From: Squalus acanthias
Lineage: Eukaryota
Direction: 5' to 3'
NCBI GenBank assembly: GCA_030390025.1
Contig: CM059432.1
Span: forward strand, 37,388,001-37,452,000
Length of the DNA stretch: 64,000 bases
Below, piece after piece: positions 24,840 to 37,964 of the stretch. A model generated the notes under the pieces. That model saw only the letters and a program-made list of their open reading frames with translations. It was not told where the DNA came from and searched no databases. The position numbers and the translations under genes were made by a program. Positions within the stretch are counted from its first letter, which is position 1. Each line of letters starts with the position of its first letter.

Positions 24840-26484
24840 ACATCAGGGATAGTCAACACGGATTCGTGAAGGGTAAGTCTTGCCTAACAAATTTGATTGA
24901 ATTCTTTGAGGAGGTAACTAAGTGTGTAGATGAAGGTAGAGCAGTTGATGTCATATACATGGATTTTAGTAAGGCGTTTGATAAGGTTCCCCATGGTCGT
25001 CTCATGAAGAAAGTAAGGAGTTGTGGGATAGAGGGAAATTTGGCCGATTGGATAAGTAACTGGCTATCTCATAGAAGGCAGAGGGTGGTGGTGGATGGAA
25101 CATTTTCGGACTGGAAACCAGTTACCAGCGGTGTGCCACAGGGGTCGGTGCTGGGTCCTCTGCTGTTTGTGATTTTTATCAATGACTTGGAGGAGGGGAC
25201 TGAAGGGTGGATCAGTAAATTTGCTGATGACACCAAGATTGGTGGAGTAGTGGATGAGGTGGAGGGCAGTTGTAGGCTGCAAAGAGACATTGATAGGATG
25301 CAGAGCTGGGCCGAAAAATGGCAGATGGAATTTAACCCTGATAAGTGCGAGGTGATTCATTTTGGTAGGGCAAATTTGAATAAGGATTACAGGGTCAACG
25401 GCAGGGTTCTGAGGAACGTGGAGGAGCAGAGGGATCTGGGGGTTCATAATTTACATTAATGACCTGGATCAGGGAGTCGGATGCAGCATTTCCAAATTTG
25501 CAGACGACACTAAACTAGGAGGGGGGGTGGGCTCAGAGGAGGAGACCAGGAAGCTCCAGAGCGATTTGGACAGACTGGGTGATTGGGCGGATAAATGGCA
25601 GATGCACTATAATGTGGACAAGTGCGAAGTTATCCACCTTGGGTGCAGGAACGGGAGGGCAAATTATTATTTAAATGGCAATATATTGGGAGAGGGGGAA
25701 GTACAGAGAGACCTGGGTGTTCTTGTACACCAGTCACTGAAGGCGAGCATGCAGGTGCAACAGGCGGTCAAGAAGGCAAACGGTATGCTGGCCTTCATAG
25801 CAAAAGGGTTGGAATACAGGAACAGGGATACCTTGCTGCAGCTGTACAGGGCACTGGTAAGACCACACCTCGAGTACTGTGTACAGTTTTGGTCGCCTCA
25901 TCTGAGGAAACATGTTCTTGCCATGGAGGGGGTGCAGCGGCGATTCACCAGGCTGATACCAGGAATGGCGGGATTGACCTATGAGGAGAGACTATGTAGT
26001 TTAGGGATGTACACACTGGAGTTTAGAAGATTGAGAGGGGACCTCATAGAAGTGTATAAAATTCTGACAGGTCTAGACAGACTAGATGCAGAAGGAATGT
26101 TTCCCTTGGCGGGTGAGAACAGAACTAGAGGACATAATTTAAGGATAAGGGCTAAACCATTTAGGACAGAAATGAGGGGGAATTTCTTCACTCAGAGGGT
26201 GGTGAACCTGTGGAACTCATTGCCACAGAGGGCAGTGTACGCCAGCTCATTAAATATATTTAAGAGGGAATTAGATATATTTCTACAGGCAAAAGGGGTT
26301 AAGGGTTACGGAGAGAAGTCGGACACTTTAGGCACTTTCAAGCGGTTATTGGATAAGCACATGGAGCACACCAGAGTGATAGGGAGTGTGATAGCTTGAT
26401 CTTGGTCTCGGACAATGCTCGGCACAACATCGAGGGCCGAAGGGCCTGTACTGTGCTGTACTGTTCTATGTTCTATGTTCTATG
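24840..26484 (+). mobile_element. Chimeric CR1 3' portion (two subfamilies) with (TTCTATG)n tail
   Basis: The IND...FADDTK...RDLGV RT block occurs twice in different sequence versions (ORFs 24809 and 25527). Confidence 0.9.
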
Positions 26485-26720
26485 AAAGTGAGTGCTGAGT
26501 GTTTAGAAGTGTTGCTGCTCAATGGCACTCCCTGCTGGTGAGCAGACACAAATGCTCAAGCAAAATAGCTGTGTGCTGGTGGACGCAGAGAGCATTAAAG
26601 TTTGAGACAAGAAAAAGAGGTGTCCTGTGCCTTAGTGGCAACATGATGCACTACAAAGTGAAGAGAGGAGCTTTGGGCGAAATGCTGCTTACCAGCCGCT
26701 TACTCCAAAAGCACGCCAGC

Positions 26721-26813
26721 TCCTTCGAGCCGGAATTGAACCAGCGACCTAAGGATGACTTTGACTTTACATTCCACTACAGTCCTCCGCTCTACCAGCT
26801 GAGCTATCGAAGG
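26721..26813 (-). tRNA. tRNA-Tyr(GTA), intron
   Basis: Array copy. Confidence 0.97.
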
Positions 26814-26925
26814 GAAGCAGCAAACGTGCCTCTGTTTGCCGTGCGCATTTTGACACTTCTGGCCTGGCGGAGTCACGTGCGCGTCATCGGTACCTGCTGG
26901 TGCCGCAGCGTTGTGGGACTGTGAG

Positions 26926-27005
26926 CTGCCAGCTACTCTCCACAGCCTGGATAACGCTTCTGACGACGAATCAGAAGATTGTAGCTTTGACTCCTATCTG
27001 GCTGG
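26926..27005 (+). pseudogene. tRNA-Arg(ACG) pseudogene (representative of main-array copies)
   Basis: Present in every unit. Confidence 0.75.
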
Positions 27006-27094
27006 GAGTTTTTTTGCAAACAGCGCGTTATAAATTTAAACACCTTGCAAGATGCCCTACATGGTAGTGCTGCCTGGCCGCTTGCATGGCAAGT

Positions 27095-27167
27095 GCCTTC
27101 TCAGCGCAGCAGGCAGCGCGTGAGTCTCCTAATCCGAAGATCCTGAGTTGAATCTTCAGAGAAGGCG
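27095..27167 (+). pseudogene. tRNA-Met-derived CCT pseudogene (representative)
   Basis: Further copies start at 28348, 29601, 30854, 32107, 33360, 34602, 35855, 37097, 38350, 39603, 40856, 42109, 43362, 44615, 45868, 47121, 48374, 49629, 50891, 52123, 53380. Confidence 0.85.
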
Positions 27168-27346
27168 TCAGTGCTGGAAAAGTTGTTTCTTTGGCTTCTC
27201 TCACCTTTGCTGGATGTGAAAATCAAGAAATCTTGCTGACGACATGGCAGAAAAAGATTTGCTGTCCTTTGGCGCGTCTGACAGGGGTTCAGTGACACGT
27301 GAGAGCCCGTTTCTTTCGGAAGAAATGCTCTAAGCCAAAAGGGCAG

Positions 27347-27419
27347 TGGAGAATGCGGGCATCGATCCCGCTACCTCTCACATGCTAAGCGAGCGCTCTA
27401 CCATTTGAGCTAATTCCCC
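27347..27419 (-). tRNA. tRNA-Ala(AGC)
   Basis: Array copy. Confidence 0.96.
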
Positions 27420-27962
27420 GGTCGCTTCTTGCGAGATACCTTAGTTTGCTTCTCAGTAGCCTCTTCGCACTCGCCTCCAAGCTGCGCCACGACCGGCAGA
27501 GAAATCCTGCTTGAGGATTGGCCCACTCCTTGACTTCATTGAATACTTTGCTCCAATCGGCGTTGCCGAGCAGCAGCAGGACGCGAAGCCACGGCAGCGA
27601 TGAAAGAAGCCGAGAAGAGCCCGAGACTGCGGCAGGGAAGCGAGGTGACGGGAAAGTGGCGGCCGTCCCGAGCGTGAGGGAGCAGGCCAGAGCGCTGTCT
27701 GACTGATAGACGATTTCTTTTGCCTGAAAGTGAGTGCTGAGTGTTTAGAAGTGTTGCTGCTCAATGGCACTCCCTGCTGGTGAGCAGACACAAATGCTCA
27801 AGCAAAACAGCTGTGTGCTGGTGGACGCAGAGAGCATTAAAGTTTGAGACAAGAAAAAGAGGTGTCCTGTGCCTTAGTGGCAACATGATGCACTACAAAG
27901 TGAAGAGAGGAGCTTTGGGCGAAATGCTGCTTACCAGCCGCTTACTCCAAAAGCACGCCAGC

Positions 27963-28055
27963 TCCTTCGAGCCGGAATTGAACCAGCGACCTAAGGATGA
28001 CTTTGACTTGGCATTCCACTACAGTCCTCCGCTCTACCAGCTGAGCTATCGAAGG
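27963..28055 (-). tRNA. tRNA-Tyr(GTA), intron
   Basis: Array copy. Confidence 0.96.
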
Positions 28056-28599
28056 GAAGCTGCAAGTGGGCCTCTGTTTGCCGATTGTTTGCCGTGCGCA
28101 TTTTGACACTTCTGGCCTGGCGGAGTCACGTGCGCGTCATCGGTACCTGCTGGTGCAGCAGCGTTGTGGGACTGTGAGCTGCCAGCTACTCTCCACAGCC
28201 TGGATAACGCTTCTGACTACGAATCAGAAGATTGTAGCTTTGACTTCTATCTGGCTGGGAGTTTTTTTGTAAACAGCGCGTTATAAATTTAAACACCTTG
28301 CAAGATGCCCTACATGGTAGTGCTGCCTGGCCGCTTGCATGGCAAGTGCCTTCTCAGCGCAGCAGGCAGCGCGTCAGTCTCCTAATCCGAAGATCCTGAG
28401 TTGAATCTTCAGAGAAGGCGTCAGTGCTGGAAAAGTTGTTTCTTTGTCTTCTCTCACCTTTGCTGGATGTGAAAATCAAGAAATCTTGCTGACGACATGG
28501 CAGAAAAAGATTTGCTGTCCTTTGGCGCGTCTGACAGGGGTTCAGTGACACGTGAGAGCCCGTTTCTTTCGGAAGAAATGCTCTAAGCCAAAAGGGCAG

Positions 28600-28672
28600 T
28601 GGAGAATGCGGGCATCGATCCCGCTACCTCTCACATGCTAAGCGAGCGCTCTACCATTTGAGCTAATTCCCC
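28600..28672 (-). tRNA. tRNA-Ala(AGC)
   Basis: Array copy. Confidence 0.96.
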
Positions 28673-29215
28673 GGTCGCTTCTTGCGAGATACCTTAGTTT
28701 GCTTCTCAGTAGCCTCTTCGCACTCGCCTCCAAGCTGCGCCACGACCGGCAGAGAAATCCTGCTTGAGGATTGGCCCACTCCTTGACTTCACTGAATACT
28801 TTGCTCCAATCGGCGTTGCCGAGCAGCAGCAGGACGCGAAGCCACGGCAGCGATGAAAGAAGCCGAGAAGAGCCCGAGACTGCGGCAGGGAAGCGAGGTG
28901 ACGGGAAAGTGGCGGCCGTCCCGAGCGTGAGGGAGCAGGCCAGAGCGCTGTCTGACTGATAGACGATTTCTTTTGCCTGAAAGTGAGTGCTGAGTGTTTA
29001 GAAGTGTTGCTGCTCAATGGCACTCCCTGCTGGTGAGCAGACACAAATGCTCAAGCAAAACAGCTGTGTGCTGGTGGACGCAGAGAGCATTAAAGTTTGA
29101 GACAAGAAAAAGAGGTGTCCTGTGCCTTAGTGGCAACATGATGCACTACAAAGTGAAGAGAGGAGCTTTGGGCGAAATGCTGCTTACCAGCCGCTTACTC
29201 CAAAAGCACGCCAGC

Positions 29216-29308
29216 TCCTTCGAGCCGGAATTGAACCAGCGACCTAAGGATGACTTTGACTTGGCATTCCACTACAGTCCTCCGCTCTACCAGCTGAGCT
29301 ATCGAAGG
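29216..29308 (-). tRNA. tRNA-Tyr(GTA), intron
   Basis: Array copy. Confidence 0.96.
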
Positions 29309-29852
29309 GAAGCGGCAAACGGGCCTCTGTTTGCCGATTGTTTGCCGTGCGCATTTTGACACTTCTGGCCTGGCGGAGTCACGTGCGCGTCATCGGTACC
29401 TGCTGGTGCCGCAGCGTTGTGGGACTGTGAGCTGCCAGCTACTCTCCACAGCCTGGATAACGCTTCTGACGACGAATCAGAAGATTGTAGCTTTGACTCC
29501 TATCTGGCTGGGAGTTTTTTTGCAAACAGCGCGTTATAAATTTAAACACCTTGCAAGATGCCCTACATGGTAGTGCTGCCTGGCCGCTTGCATGGCAAGT
29601 GCCTTCTCAGCGCAGCAGGCAGCGCGTCAGTCTCCTAATCCGAAGATCCTGAGTTGAATCTTCAGAGAAGGCGTCAGTGCTGGAAAAGTTGTTTCTTTGT
29701 CTTCTCTCACCTTTGCTGGATGTGAAAATCAAGAAATCTTGCTGACGACATGGCAGAAAAAGATTTGCTGTCCTTTGGCGCGTCTGACAGGGGTTCAGTG
29801 ACACGTGAGAGCCCGTTTCTTTCGGAAGAAATGCTCTAAGCCAAAAGGGCAG

Positions 29853-29925
29853 TGGAGAATGCGGGCATCGATCCCGCTACCTCTCACATGCTAAGCGAGC
29901 GCTCTACCATTTGAGCTAATTCCCC
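29853..29925 (-). tRNA. tRNA-Ala(AGC)
   Basis: Array copy. Confidence 0.96.
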
Positions 29926-30468
29926 GGTCGCTTCTTGCGAGATACCTTAGTTTGCTTCTCAGTAGCCTCTTCGCACTCGCCTCCAAGCTGCGCCACGACC
30001 GGCAGAGAAATCCTGCTTGAGGATTGGCCCACTCCTTGACTTCATTGAATACTTTGCTCCAATCGGCGTTGCCGAGCAGCAGCAGGACGCGAAGCCACGG
30101 CAGCGATGAAAGAAGCCGAGAAGAGCCCGAGACTGCGGCAGGGAAGCGAGGTGACGGGAAAGTGGCGGCCGTCCCGAGCGTGAGGGAGCAGGCCAGAGCG
30201 CTGTCTGACTGATAGACGATTTCTTTTGCCTGAAAGTGAGTGCTGAGTGTTTAGAAGTGTTGCTGCTCAATGGCACTCCCTGCTGGTGAGCAGACACAAA
30301 TGCTCAAGCAAAACAGCTGTGTGCTGGTGGACGCAGAGAGCATTAAAGTTTGAGACAAGAAAAAGAGGTGTCCTGTGCCTTAGTGGCAACATGATGCACT
30401 ACAAAGTGAAGAGAGGAGCTTTGGGCGAAATGCTGCTTACCAGCCGCTTACTCCAAAAGCACGCCAGC

Positions 30469-30561
30469 TCCTTCGAGCCGGAATTGAACCAGCGACCTAA
30501 GGATGACTTTGACTTGGCATTCCACTACAGTCCTCCGCTCTACCAGCTGAGCTATCGAAGG
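30469..30561 (-). tRNA. tRNA-Tyr(GTA), intron
   Basis: Array copy. Confidence 0.96.
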
Positions 30562-31105
30562 GAAGTGGCAAACTTGCCTCTGTTTGCCGATTGTTTGCCG
30601 TGCGCATTTTGACACTTCTGGCCTGGCGGAGTCACGTGCGCGTCATCGGTACCTGCTGGTGCCGCAGCGTTGTGGGACTGTGAGCTGCCAGCTACTCTCC
30701 ACAGCCTGGATAACGCTTCTGACGACGAATCAGAAGATTGTAGCTTTGACTCCTATCTGGCTGGGAGTTTTTTTGCAAACAGCGCGTTATAAATTTAAAC
30801 ACCTTGCAAGATGCCCTACATGGTAGTGCTGCCTGGCCGCTTGCATGGCAAGTGCCTTCTCAGCGCAGCAGGCAGCGCGTCAGTCTCCTAATCCGAAGAT
30901 CCTGAGTTGAATCTTCAGAGAAGGCGTCAGTGCTGGAAAAGTTGTTTCTTTGGCTTCTCTCACCTTTGCTGGATGTGAAAATCAAGAAATCTTGCTGACG
31001 ACATGGCAGAAAAAGATTTGCTGTCCTTTGGCGCGTCTGACAGGGGTTCAGTGACACGTGAGAGCCCGTTTCTTTCGGAAGAAATGCTCTAAGCCAAAAG
31101 GGCAG

Positions 31106-31178
31106 TGGAGAATGCGGGCATCGATCCCGCTACCTCTCACATGCTAAGCGAGCGCTCTACCATTTGAGCTAATTCCCC
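31106..31178 (-). tRNA. tRNA-Ala(AGC)
   Basis: Array copy. Confidence 0.96.
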
Positions 31179-31721
31179 GGTCGCTTCTTGCGAGATACCT
31201 TAGTTTGCTTCTCAGTAGCCTCTTCGCACTCGCCTCCAAGCTGCGCCACGACCGGCAGAGAAATCCTGCTTGAGGATTGGCCCACTCCTTGACTTCATTG
31301 AATACTTTGCTCCAATCGGCGTTGCCGAGCAGCAGCAGGACGCGAAGCCACGGCAGCGATGAAAGAAGCCGAGAAGAGCCCGAGACTGCGGCAGGGAAGC
31401 GAGGTGACGGGAAAGTGGCGGCCGTCCCGAGCGTGAGGGAGCAGGCCAGAGCGCTGTCTGACTGATAGACGATTTCTTTTGCCTGAAAGTGAGTGCTGAG
31501 TGTTTAGAAGTGTTGCTGCTCAATGGCACTCCCTGCTGGTGAGCAGACACAAATGCTCAAGCAAAACAGCTGTGTGCTGGTGGACGCAGAGAGCATTAAA
31601 GTTTGAGACAAGAAAAAGAGGTGTCCTGTGCCTTAGTGGCAACATGATGCACTACAAAGTGAAGAGAGGAGCTTTGGGCGAAATGCTGCTTACCAGCCGC
31701 TTACTCCAAAAGCACGCCAGC

Positions 31722-31814
31722 TCCTTCGAGCCGGAATTGAACCAGCGACCTAAGGATGACTTTGACTTGGCATTCCACTACAGTCCTCCGCTCTACCAGC
31801 TGAGCTATCGAAGG
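31722..31814 (-). tRNA. tRNA-Tyr(GTA), intron
   Basis: Array copy. Confidence 0.96.
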
Positions 31815-32358
31815 GAAGCTGCAAATGGGCCTCTGTTTGCCGATTGTTTGCCGTGCGCATTTTGACACTTCTGGCCTGGCGGAGTCACGTGCGCGTCATC
31901 GGTACCTGCTGGTGCCGCAGCGTTGTGGGACTGTGAGCTGCCAGCTACTCTCCACAGCCTGGATAACGCTTCTGACGACGAATCAGAAGATTGTAGCTTT
32001 GACTCCTATCTGGCTGGGAGTTTTATTGCAAACAGCGCGTTATAAATTTAAACACCTTGCAAGATGCCCTACATGGTAGTGCTGCCTGGCCGCTTGCATG
32101 GCAAGTGCCTTCTCAGCGCAGCAGGCAGCGCGTCAGTCTCCTAATCCGAAGATCCTGAGTTGAATCTTCAGAGAAGGCGTCAGTGCTGGAAAAGTTGTTT
32201 CTTTGGCTTCTCTCACCTTTGCTGGATGTGAAAATCAAGAAATCTTGCTGACGACATGGCAGAAAAAGATTTGCTGTCCTTTGGCGCGTCTGACAGGGGT
32301 TCAGTGACACGTGAGAGCCCGTTTCTTTCGGAAGAAATGCTCTAAGCCAAAAGGGCAG

Positions 32359-32431
32359 TGGAGAATGCGGGCATCGATCCCGCTACCTCTCACATGCTAA
32401 GCGAGCGCTCTACCATTTGAGCTAATTCCCC
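32359..32431 (-). tRNA. tRNA-Ala(AGC)
   Basis: Array copy. Confidence 0.96.
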
Positions 32432-32974
32432 GGTCGCTTCTTGTGAGATACCTTAGTTTGCTTCTCAGTAGCCTCTTCGCACTCGCCTCCAAGCTGCGCC
32501 ACGACCGGCAGAGAAATCCTGCTTGAGGATTGGCCCACTCCTTGACTTCATTGAATACTTTGCTCCAATCGGCGTTGCCGAGCAGCAGCAGGACGCGAAG
32601 CCACGGCAGCGATGAAAGAAGCCGAGAAGAGCCCGAGACTGCGGCAGGGAAGCGAGGTGACGGGAAAGTGGCGGCCGTCCCGAGCGTGAGGGAGCAGGCC
32701 AGAGCGCTGTCTGACTGATGGACGATTTCTTTTGCCTGAAAGTGAGTGCTGAGTGTTTAGAAGTGTTGCTGCTCAATGGCACTCCCTGCTGGTGAGCAGA
32801 CACAAATGCTCAAGCAAAACAGCTGTGTGCTGGTGGACGCAGAGAGCATTAAAGTTTGAGACAAGAAAAAGAGGTGTCCTGTGCCTTAGTGGCAACATGA
32901 TGCACTACAAAGTGAAGAGAGGAGCTTTGGGCGAAATGCTGCTTACCAGCCGCTTACTCCAAAAGCACGCCAGC

Positions 32975-33067
32975 TCCTTCGAGCCGGAATTGAACCAGCG
33001 ACCTAAGGATGACTTTGACTTGGCATTCCACTACAGTCCTCCGCTCTACCAGCTGAGCTATCGAAGG
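32975..33067 (-). tRNA. tRNA-Tyr(GTA), intron
   Basis: Array copy. Confidence 0.96.
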
Positions 33068-33611
33068 GAAGCGGCAAACGTGCCTCTGTTTGCCGATTGT
33101 TTGCCGTGCGCATTTTGACACTTCTGGCCTGGCGGAGTCACGTGCGCGTCATCGGTACCTGCTGGTGCCGCAGCGTTGTGGGACTGTGAGCTGCCAGCTA
33201 CTCTCCACAGCCTGGATAACGCTTCTGACGACGAATCAGAAGATTGTAGCTTTGACTCCTATCTGGCTGGGAGTTTTTTTGCAAACAGCGCGTTATAAAT
33301 TTAAACACCTTGCAAGATGCCCTACATGGTAGTGCTGCCTGGCCGCTTGCATGGCAAGTGCCTTCTCAGCGCAGCAGGCAGCGCGTCAGTCTCCTAATCC
33401 GAAGATCCTGAGTTGAATCTTCAGAGAAGGCGTCAGTGCTGGAAAAGTTGTTTCTTTGGCTTCTCTCACCTTTGCTGGATGTGAAAATCAAGAAATCTTG
33501 CTGACGACATGGCAGAAAAAGATTTGCTGTCCTTTGGCGCGTCTGACAGGGGTTCAGTGACACGTGAGAGCCCGTTTCTTTCGGAAGAAATGCTCTAAGC
33601 CAAAAGGGCAG

Positions 33612-33684
33612 TGGAGAATGCGGGCATCGATCCCGCTACCTCTCACATGCTAAGCGAGCGCTCTACCATTTGAGCTAATTCCCC
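33612..33684 (-). tRNA. tRNA-Ala(AGC)
   Basis: Array copy. Confidence 0.96.
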
Positions 33685-34227
33685 GGTCGCTTCTTGCGAG
33701 ATACCTTAGTTTGCTTCTCAGTAGCCTCTTCGCACTCGCCTCCAAGCTGCGCCACGACCGGCAGAGAAATCCTGCTTGAGGATTGGCCCACTCCTTGACT
33801 TCATTGAATACTTTGCTCCAATCGGCGTTGCCGAGCAGCAGCAGGACGCGAAGCCACGGCAGCGATGAAAGAAGCCGAGAAGAGCCCGAGACTGCGGCAG
33901 GGAAGCGAGGTGACGGGAAAGTGGCGGCCGTCCCGAGCGTGAGGGAGCAGGCCAGAGCGCTGTCTGACTGATAGACGATTTCTTTTGCCTGAAAGTGAGT
34001 GCTGAGTGTTTAGAAGTGTTGCTGCTCAATGGCACTCCCTGCTGGTGAGCAGACACAAATGCTCAAGCAAAACAGCTGTGTGCTGGTGGACGCAGAGAGC
34101 ATTAAAGTTTGAGACAAGAAAAAGAGGTGTCCTGTGCCTTAGTGGCAACATGATGCACTACAAAGTGAAGAGAGGAGCTTTGGGCGAAATGCTGCTTACC
34201 AGCCGCTTACTCCAAAAGCATGCCAGC

Positions 34228-34320
34228 TCCTTCGAGCCGGAATTGAACCAGCGACCTAAGGATGACTTTGACTTGGCATTCCACTACAGTCCTCCGCTCT
34301 ACCAGCTGAGCTATCGAAGG
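34228..34320 (-). tRNA. tRNA-Tyr(GTA), intron
   Basis: Array copy. Confidence 0.96.
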
Positions 34321-34853
34321 GAAGCGGCAAACGTGCCTCTGTTTGCCGTGCGCATTTTGACACTTCTGGCCTGGCGGAGTCACGTGCGCGTCATCGGTAC
34401 CTGCTGGTGCCGCAGCGTTGTGGGACTGTGAGCTGCCAGCTACTCTCCACAGCCTGGATAACGCTTCTGACGACGAATCAGAAGATTGTAGCTTTGACTC
34501 CTATCTGGCTGGGAGTTTTATTGCAAACAGCGCGTTATAAATTTAAACACCTTGCAAGATGCCCTACATGGTAGTGCTGCCTGGCCGCTTGCATGGCAAG
34601 TGCCTTCTCAGCGCAGCAGGCAGCGCGTCAGTCTCCTAATCCGAAGATCCTGAGTTGAATCTTCAGAGAAGGCGTCAGTGCTGGAAAAGTTGTTTCTTTG
34701 GCTTCTCTCACCTTTGCTGGATGTGAAAATCAAGAAATCTTGCTGACGACATGGCAGAAAAAGATTTGCTGTCCTTTGGCGCGTCTGACAGGGGTTCAGT
34801 GACACGTGAGAGCCCGTTTCTTTCGGAAGAAATGCTCTAAGCCAAAAGGGCAG

Positions 34854-34926
34854 TGGAGAATGCGGGCATCGATCCCGCTACCTCTCACATGCTAAGCGAG
34901 CGCTCTACCATTTGAGCTAATTCCCC
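34854..34926 (-). tRNA. tRNA-Ala(AGC)
   Basis: Array copy. Confidence 0.96.
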
Positions 34927-35469
34927 GGTCGCTTCTTGTGAGATACCTTAGTTTGCTTCTCAGTAGCCTCTTCGCACTCGCCTCCAAGCTGCGCCACGAC
35001 CGGCAGAGAAATCCTGCTTGAGGATTGGCCCACTCCTTGACTTCATTGAATACTTTGCTCCAATCGGCGTTGCCGAGCAGCAGCAGGACGCGAAGCCACG
35101 GCAGCGATGAAAGAAGCCGAGAAGAGCCCGAGACTGCGGCAGGGAAGCGAGGTGACGGGAAAGTGGCGGCCGTCCCGAGCGTGAGGGAGCAGGCCAGAGC
35201 GCTGTCTGACTGATGGACGATTTCTTTTGCCTGAAAGTGAGTGCTGAGTGTTTAGAAGTGTTGCTGCTCAATGGCACTCCCTGCTGGTGAGCAGACACAA
35301 ATGCTCAAGCAAAACAGCTGTGTGCTGGTGGACGCAGAGAGCATTAAAGTTTGAGACAAGAAAAAGAGGTGTCCTGTGCCTTAGTGGCAACATGATGCAC
35401 TACAAAGTGAAGAGAGGAGCTTTGGGCGAAATGCTGCTTACCAGCCGCTTACTCCAAAAGCACGCCAGC

Positions 35470-35562
35470 TCCTTCGAGCCGGAATTGAACCAGCGACCTA
35501 AGGATGACTTTGACTTGGCATTCCACTACAGTCCTCCGCTCTACCAGCTGAGCTATCGAAGG
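35470..35562 (-). tRNA. tRNA-Tyr(GTA), intron
   Basis: Array copy. Confidence 0.96.
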
Positions 35563-36106
35563 GAAGCGGCAAACGTGCCTCTGTTTGCCGATTGTTTGCC
35601 GTGCGCATTTTGACACTTCTGGCCTGGCGGAGTCACGTGCGCGTCATCGGTACCTGCTGGTGCCGCAGCGTTGTGGGACTGTGAGCTGCCAGCTACTCTC
35701 CACAGCCTGGATAACGCTTCTGACGACGAATCAGAAGATTGTAGCTTTGACTCCTATCTGGCTGGGAGTTTTTTTGCAAACAGCGCGTTATAAATTTAAA
35801 CACCTTGCAAGATGCCCTACATGGTAGTGCTGCCTGGCCGCTTGCATGGCAAGTGCCTTCTCAGCGCAGCAGGCAGCGCGTCAGTCTCCTAATCCGAAGA
35901 TCCTGAGTTGAATCTTCAGAGAAGGCGTCAGTGCTGGAAAAGTTGTTTCTTTGGCTTCTCTCACCTTTGCTGGATGTGAAAATCAAGAAATCTTGCTGAC
36001 GACATGGCAGAAAAAGATTTGCTGTCCTTTGGCGCGTCTGACAGGGGTTCAGTGACACGTGAGAGCCCGTTTCTTTCGGAAGAAATGCTCTAAGCCAAAA
36101 GGGCAG

Positions 36107-36179
36107 CGGAGAATGCGGGCATCGATCCCGCTACCTCTCACATGCTAAGCGAGCGCTCTACCATTTGAGCTAATTCCCC
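36107..36179 (-). tRNA. tRNA-Ala(AGC), discriminator variant A73G
   Basis: Array copy, C at 36107. Confidence 0.88.
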
Positions 36180-36722
36180 GGTCGCTTCTTGCGAGATACC
36201 TTAGTTTGCTTCTCAGTAGCCTCTTCGCACTCGCCTCCAAGCTGCGCCACGACCGGCAGAGAAATCCTGCTTGAGGATTGGCCCACTCCTTGACTTCATT
36301 GAATACTTTGCTCCAATCGGCGTTGCCGAGCAGCAGCAGGACGCGAAGCCACGGCAGCGATGAAAGAAGCCGAGAAGAGCCCGAGACTGCGGCAGGGAAG
36401 CGAGGTGACGGGAAAGTGGCGGCCGTCCCGAGCGTGAGGGAGCAGGCCAGAGCGCTGTCTGACTGATGGACGATTTCTTTTGCCTGAAAGTGAGTGCTGA
36501 GTGTTTAGAAGTGTTGCTGCTCAATGGCACTCCCTGCTGGTGAGCAGACACAAATGCTCAAGCAAAACAGCTGTGTGCTGGTGGACGCAGAGAGCATTAA
36601 AGTTTGAGACAAGAAAAAGAGGTGTCCTGTGCCTTAGTGGCAACATGATGCACTACAAAGTGAAGAGAGGAGCTTTGGGCGAAATGCTGCTTACCAGCCG
36701 CTTACTCCAAAAGCACGCCAGC

Positions 36723-36815
36723 TCCTTCGAGCCGGAATTGAACCAGCGACCTAAGGATGACTTTGACTTGGCATTCCACTACAGTCCTCCGCTCTACCAG
36801 CTGAGCTATCGAAGG
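36723..36815 (-). tRNA. tRNA-Tyr(GTA), intron
   Basis: Array copy. Confidence 0.96.
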
Positions 36816-37348
36816 GAAGCGGCAAACGTGCCTCTGTTTGCCGTGCGCATTTTGACACTTCTGGCCTGGCGGAGTCACGTGCGCGTCATCGGTACCTGCT
36901 GGTGCCGCAGCGTTGTGGGACTGTGAGCTGCCAGCTACTCTCCACAGCCTGGATAACGCTTCTGACGACGAATCAGAAGATTGTAGCTTTGACTCCTATC
37001 TGGCTGGGAGTTTTTTTGCAAACAGCGCGTTATAAATTTAAACACCTTGCAAGATGCCCTACATGGTAGTGCTGCCTGGCCGCTTGCATGGCAAGTGCCT
37101 TCTCAGCGCAGCAGGCAGCGCGTCAGTCTCCTAATCCGAAGATCCTGAGTTGAATCTTCAGAGAAGGCGTCAGTGCTGGAAAAGTTGTTTCTTTGGCTTC
37201 TCTCACCTTTGCTGGATGTGAAAATCAAGAAATCTTGCTGACGACATGGCAGAAAAAGATTTGCTGTCTTTTGGCGCGTCTGACAGGGGTTCAGTGACAC
37301 TTGAGAGCCCGTTTCTTTCGGAAGAAATGCTCTAAGCCAAAAGGGCAG

Positions 37349-37421
37349 TGGAGAATGCGGGCATCTATCCCGCTACCTCTCACATGCTAAGCGAGCGCTC
37401 TACCATTTGAGCTAATTCCCC
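37349..37421 (-). tRNA. tRNA-Ala(AGC), B-box variant C56A
   Basis: T at 37366; probably impaired. Confidence 0.8.
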
Positions 37422-37964
37422 GGTCGCTTCTTGCGAGATACCTTAGTTTGCTTCTCAGTAGCCTCTTCGCACTCGCCTCCAAGCTGCGCCACGACCGGCA
37501 GAGAAATCCTGCTTGAGGATTGGCCCACTCCTTGACTTCATTGAATACTTTTCTCCAATCGGCGTTGCCGAGCAGCAGCAGGACGCGAAGCCACGGCAGC
37601 GATGAAAGAAGCCGAGAAGAGCCCGAGACTGCGGCAGGGAAGCGAGGTGACGGGAAAGTGGCGGCCGTCCCGAGCGTGAGGGAGCAGGCCAGAGCGCTGT
37701 CTGACTGATGGACGATTTCTTTTGCCTGAAAGTGAGTGCTGAGTGTTTAGAAGTGTTGCTGCTCAATGGCACTCCCTGCTGGTGAGCAGACACAAATGCT
37801 CAAGCAAAACAGCTGTGTGCTGGTGGACGCAGAGAGCATTAAAGTTTGAGACAAGAAAAAGAGGTGTCCTGTGCCTTAGTGGCAACATGATGCACTACAA
37901 AGTGAAGAGAGGAGCTTTGGGCGAAATGCTGCTTACCAGCCGCTTATTCCAAAAGCACGCCAGC

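Noticed and set aside
34340..36850. 11-bp length polymorphism of the unit (1242 versus 1253 bp)
   Set aside because: Simple slippage between TGTTTGCCG direct repeats in the spacer; useful only as a marker.
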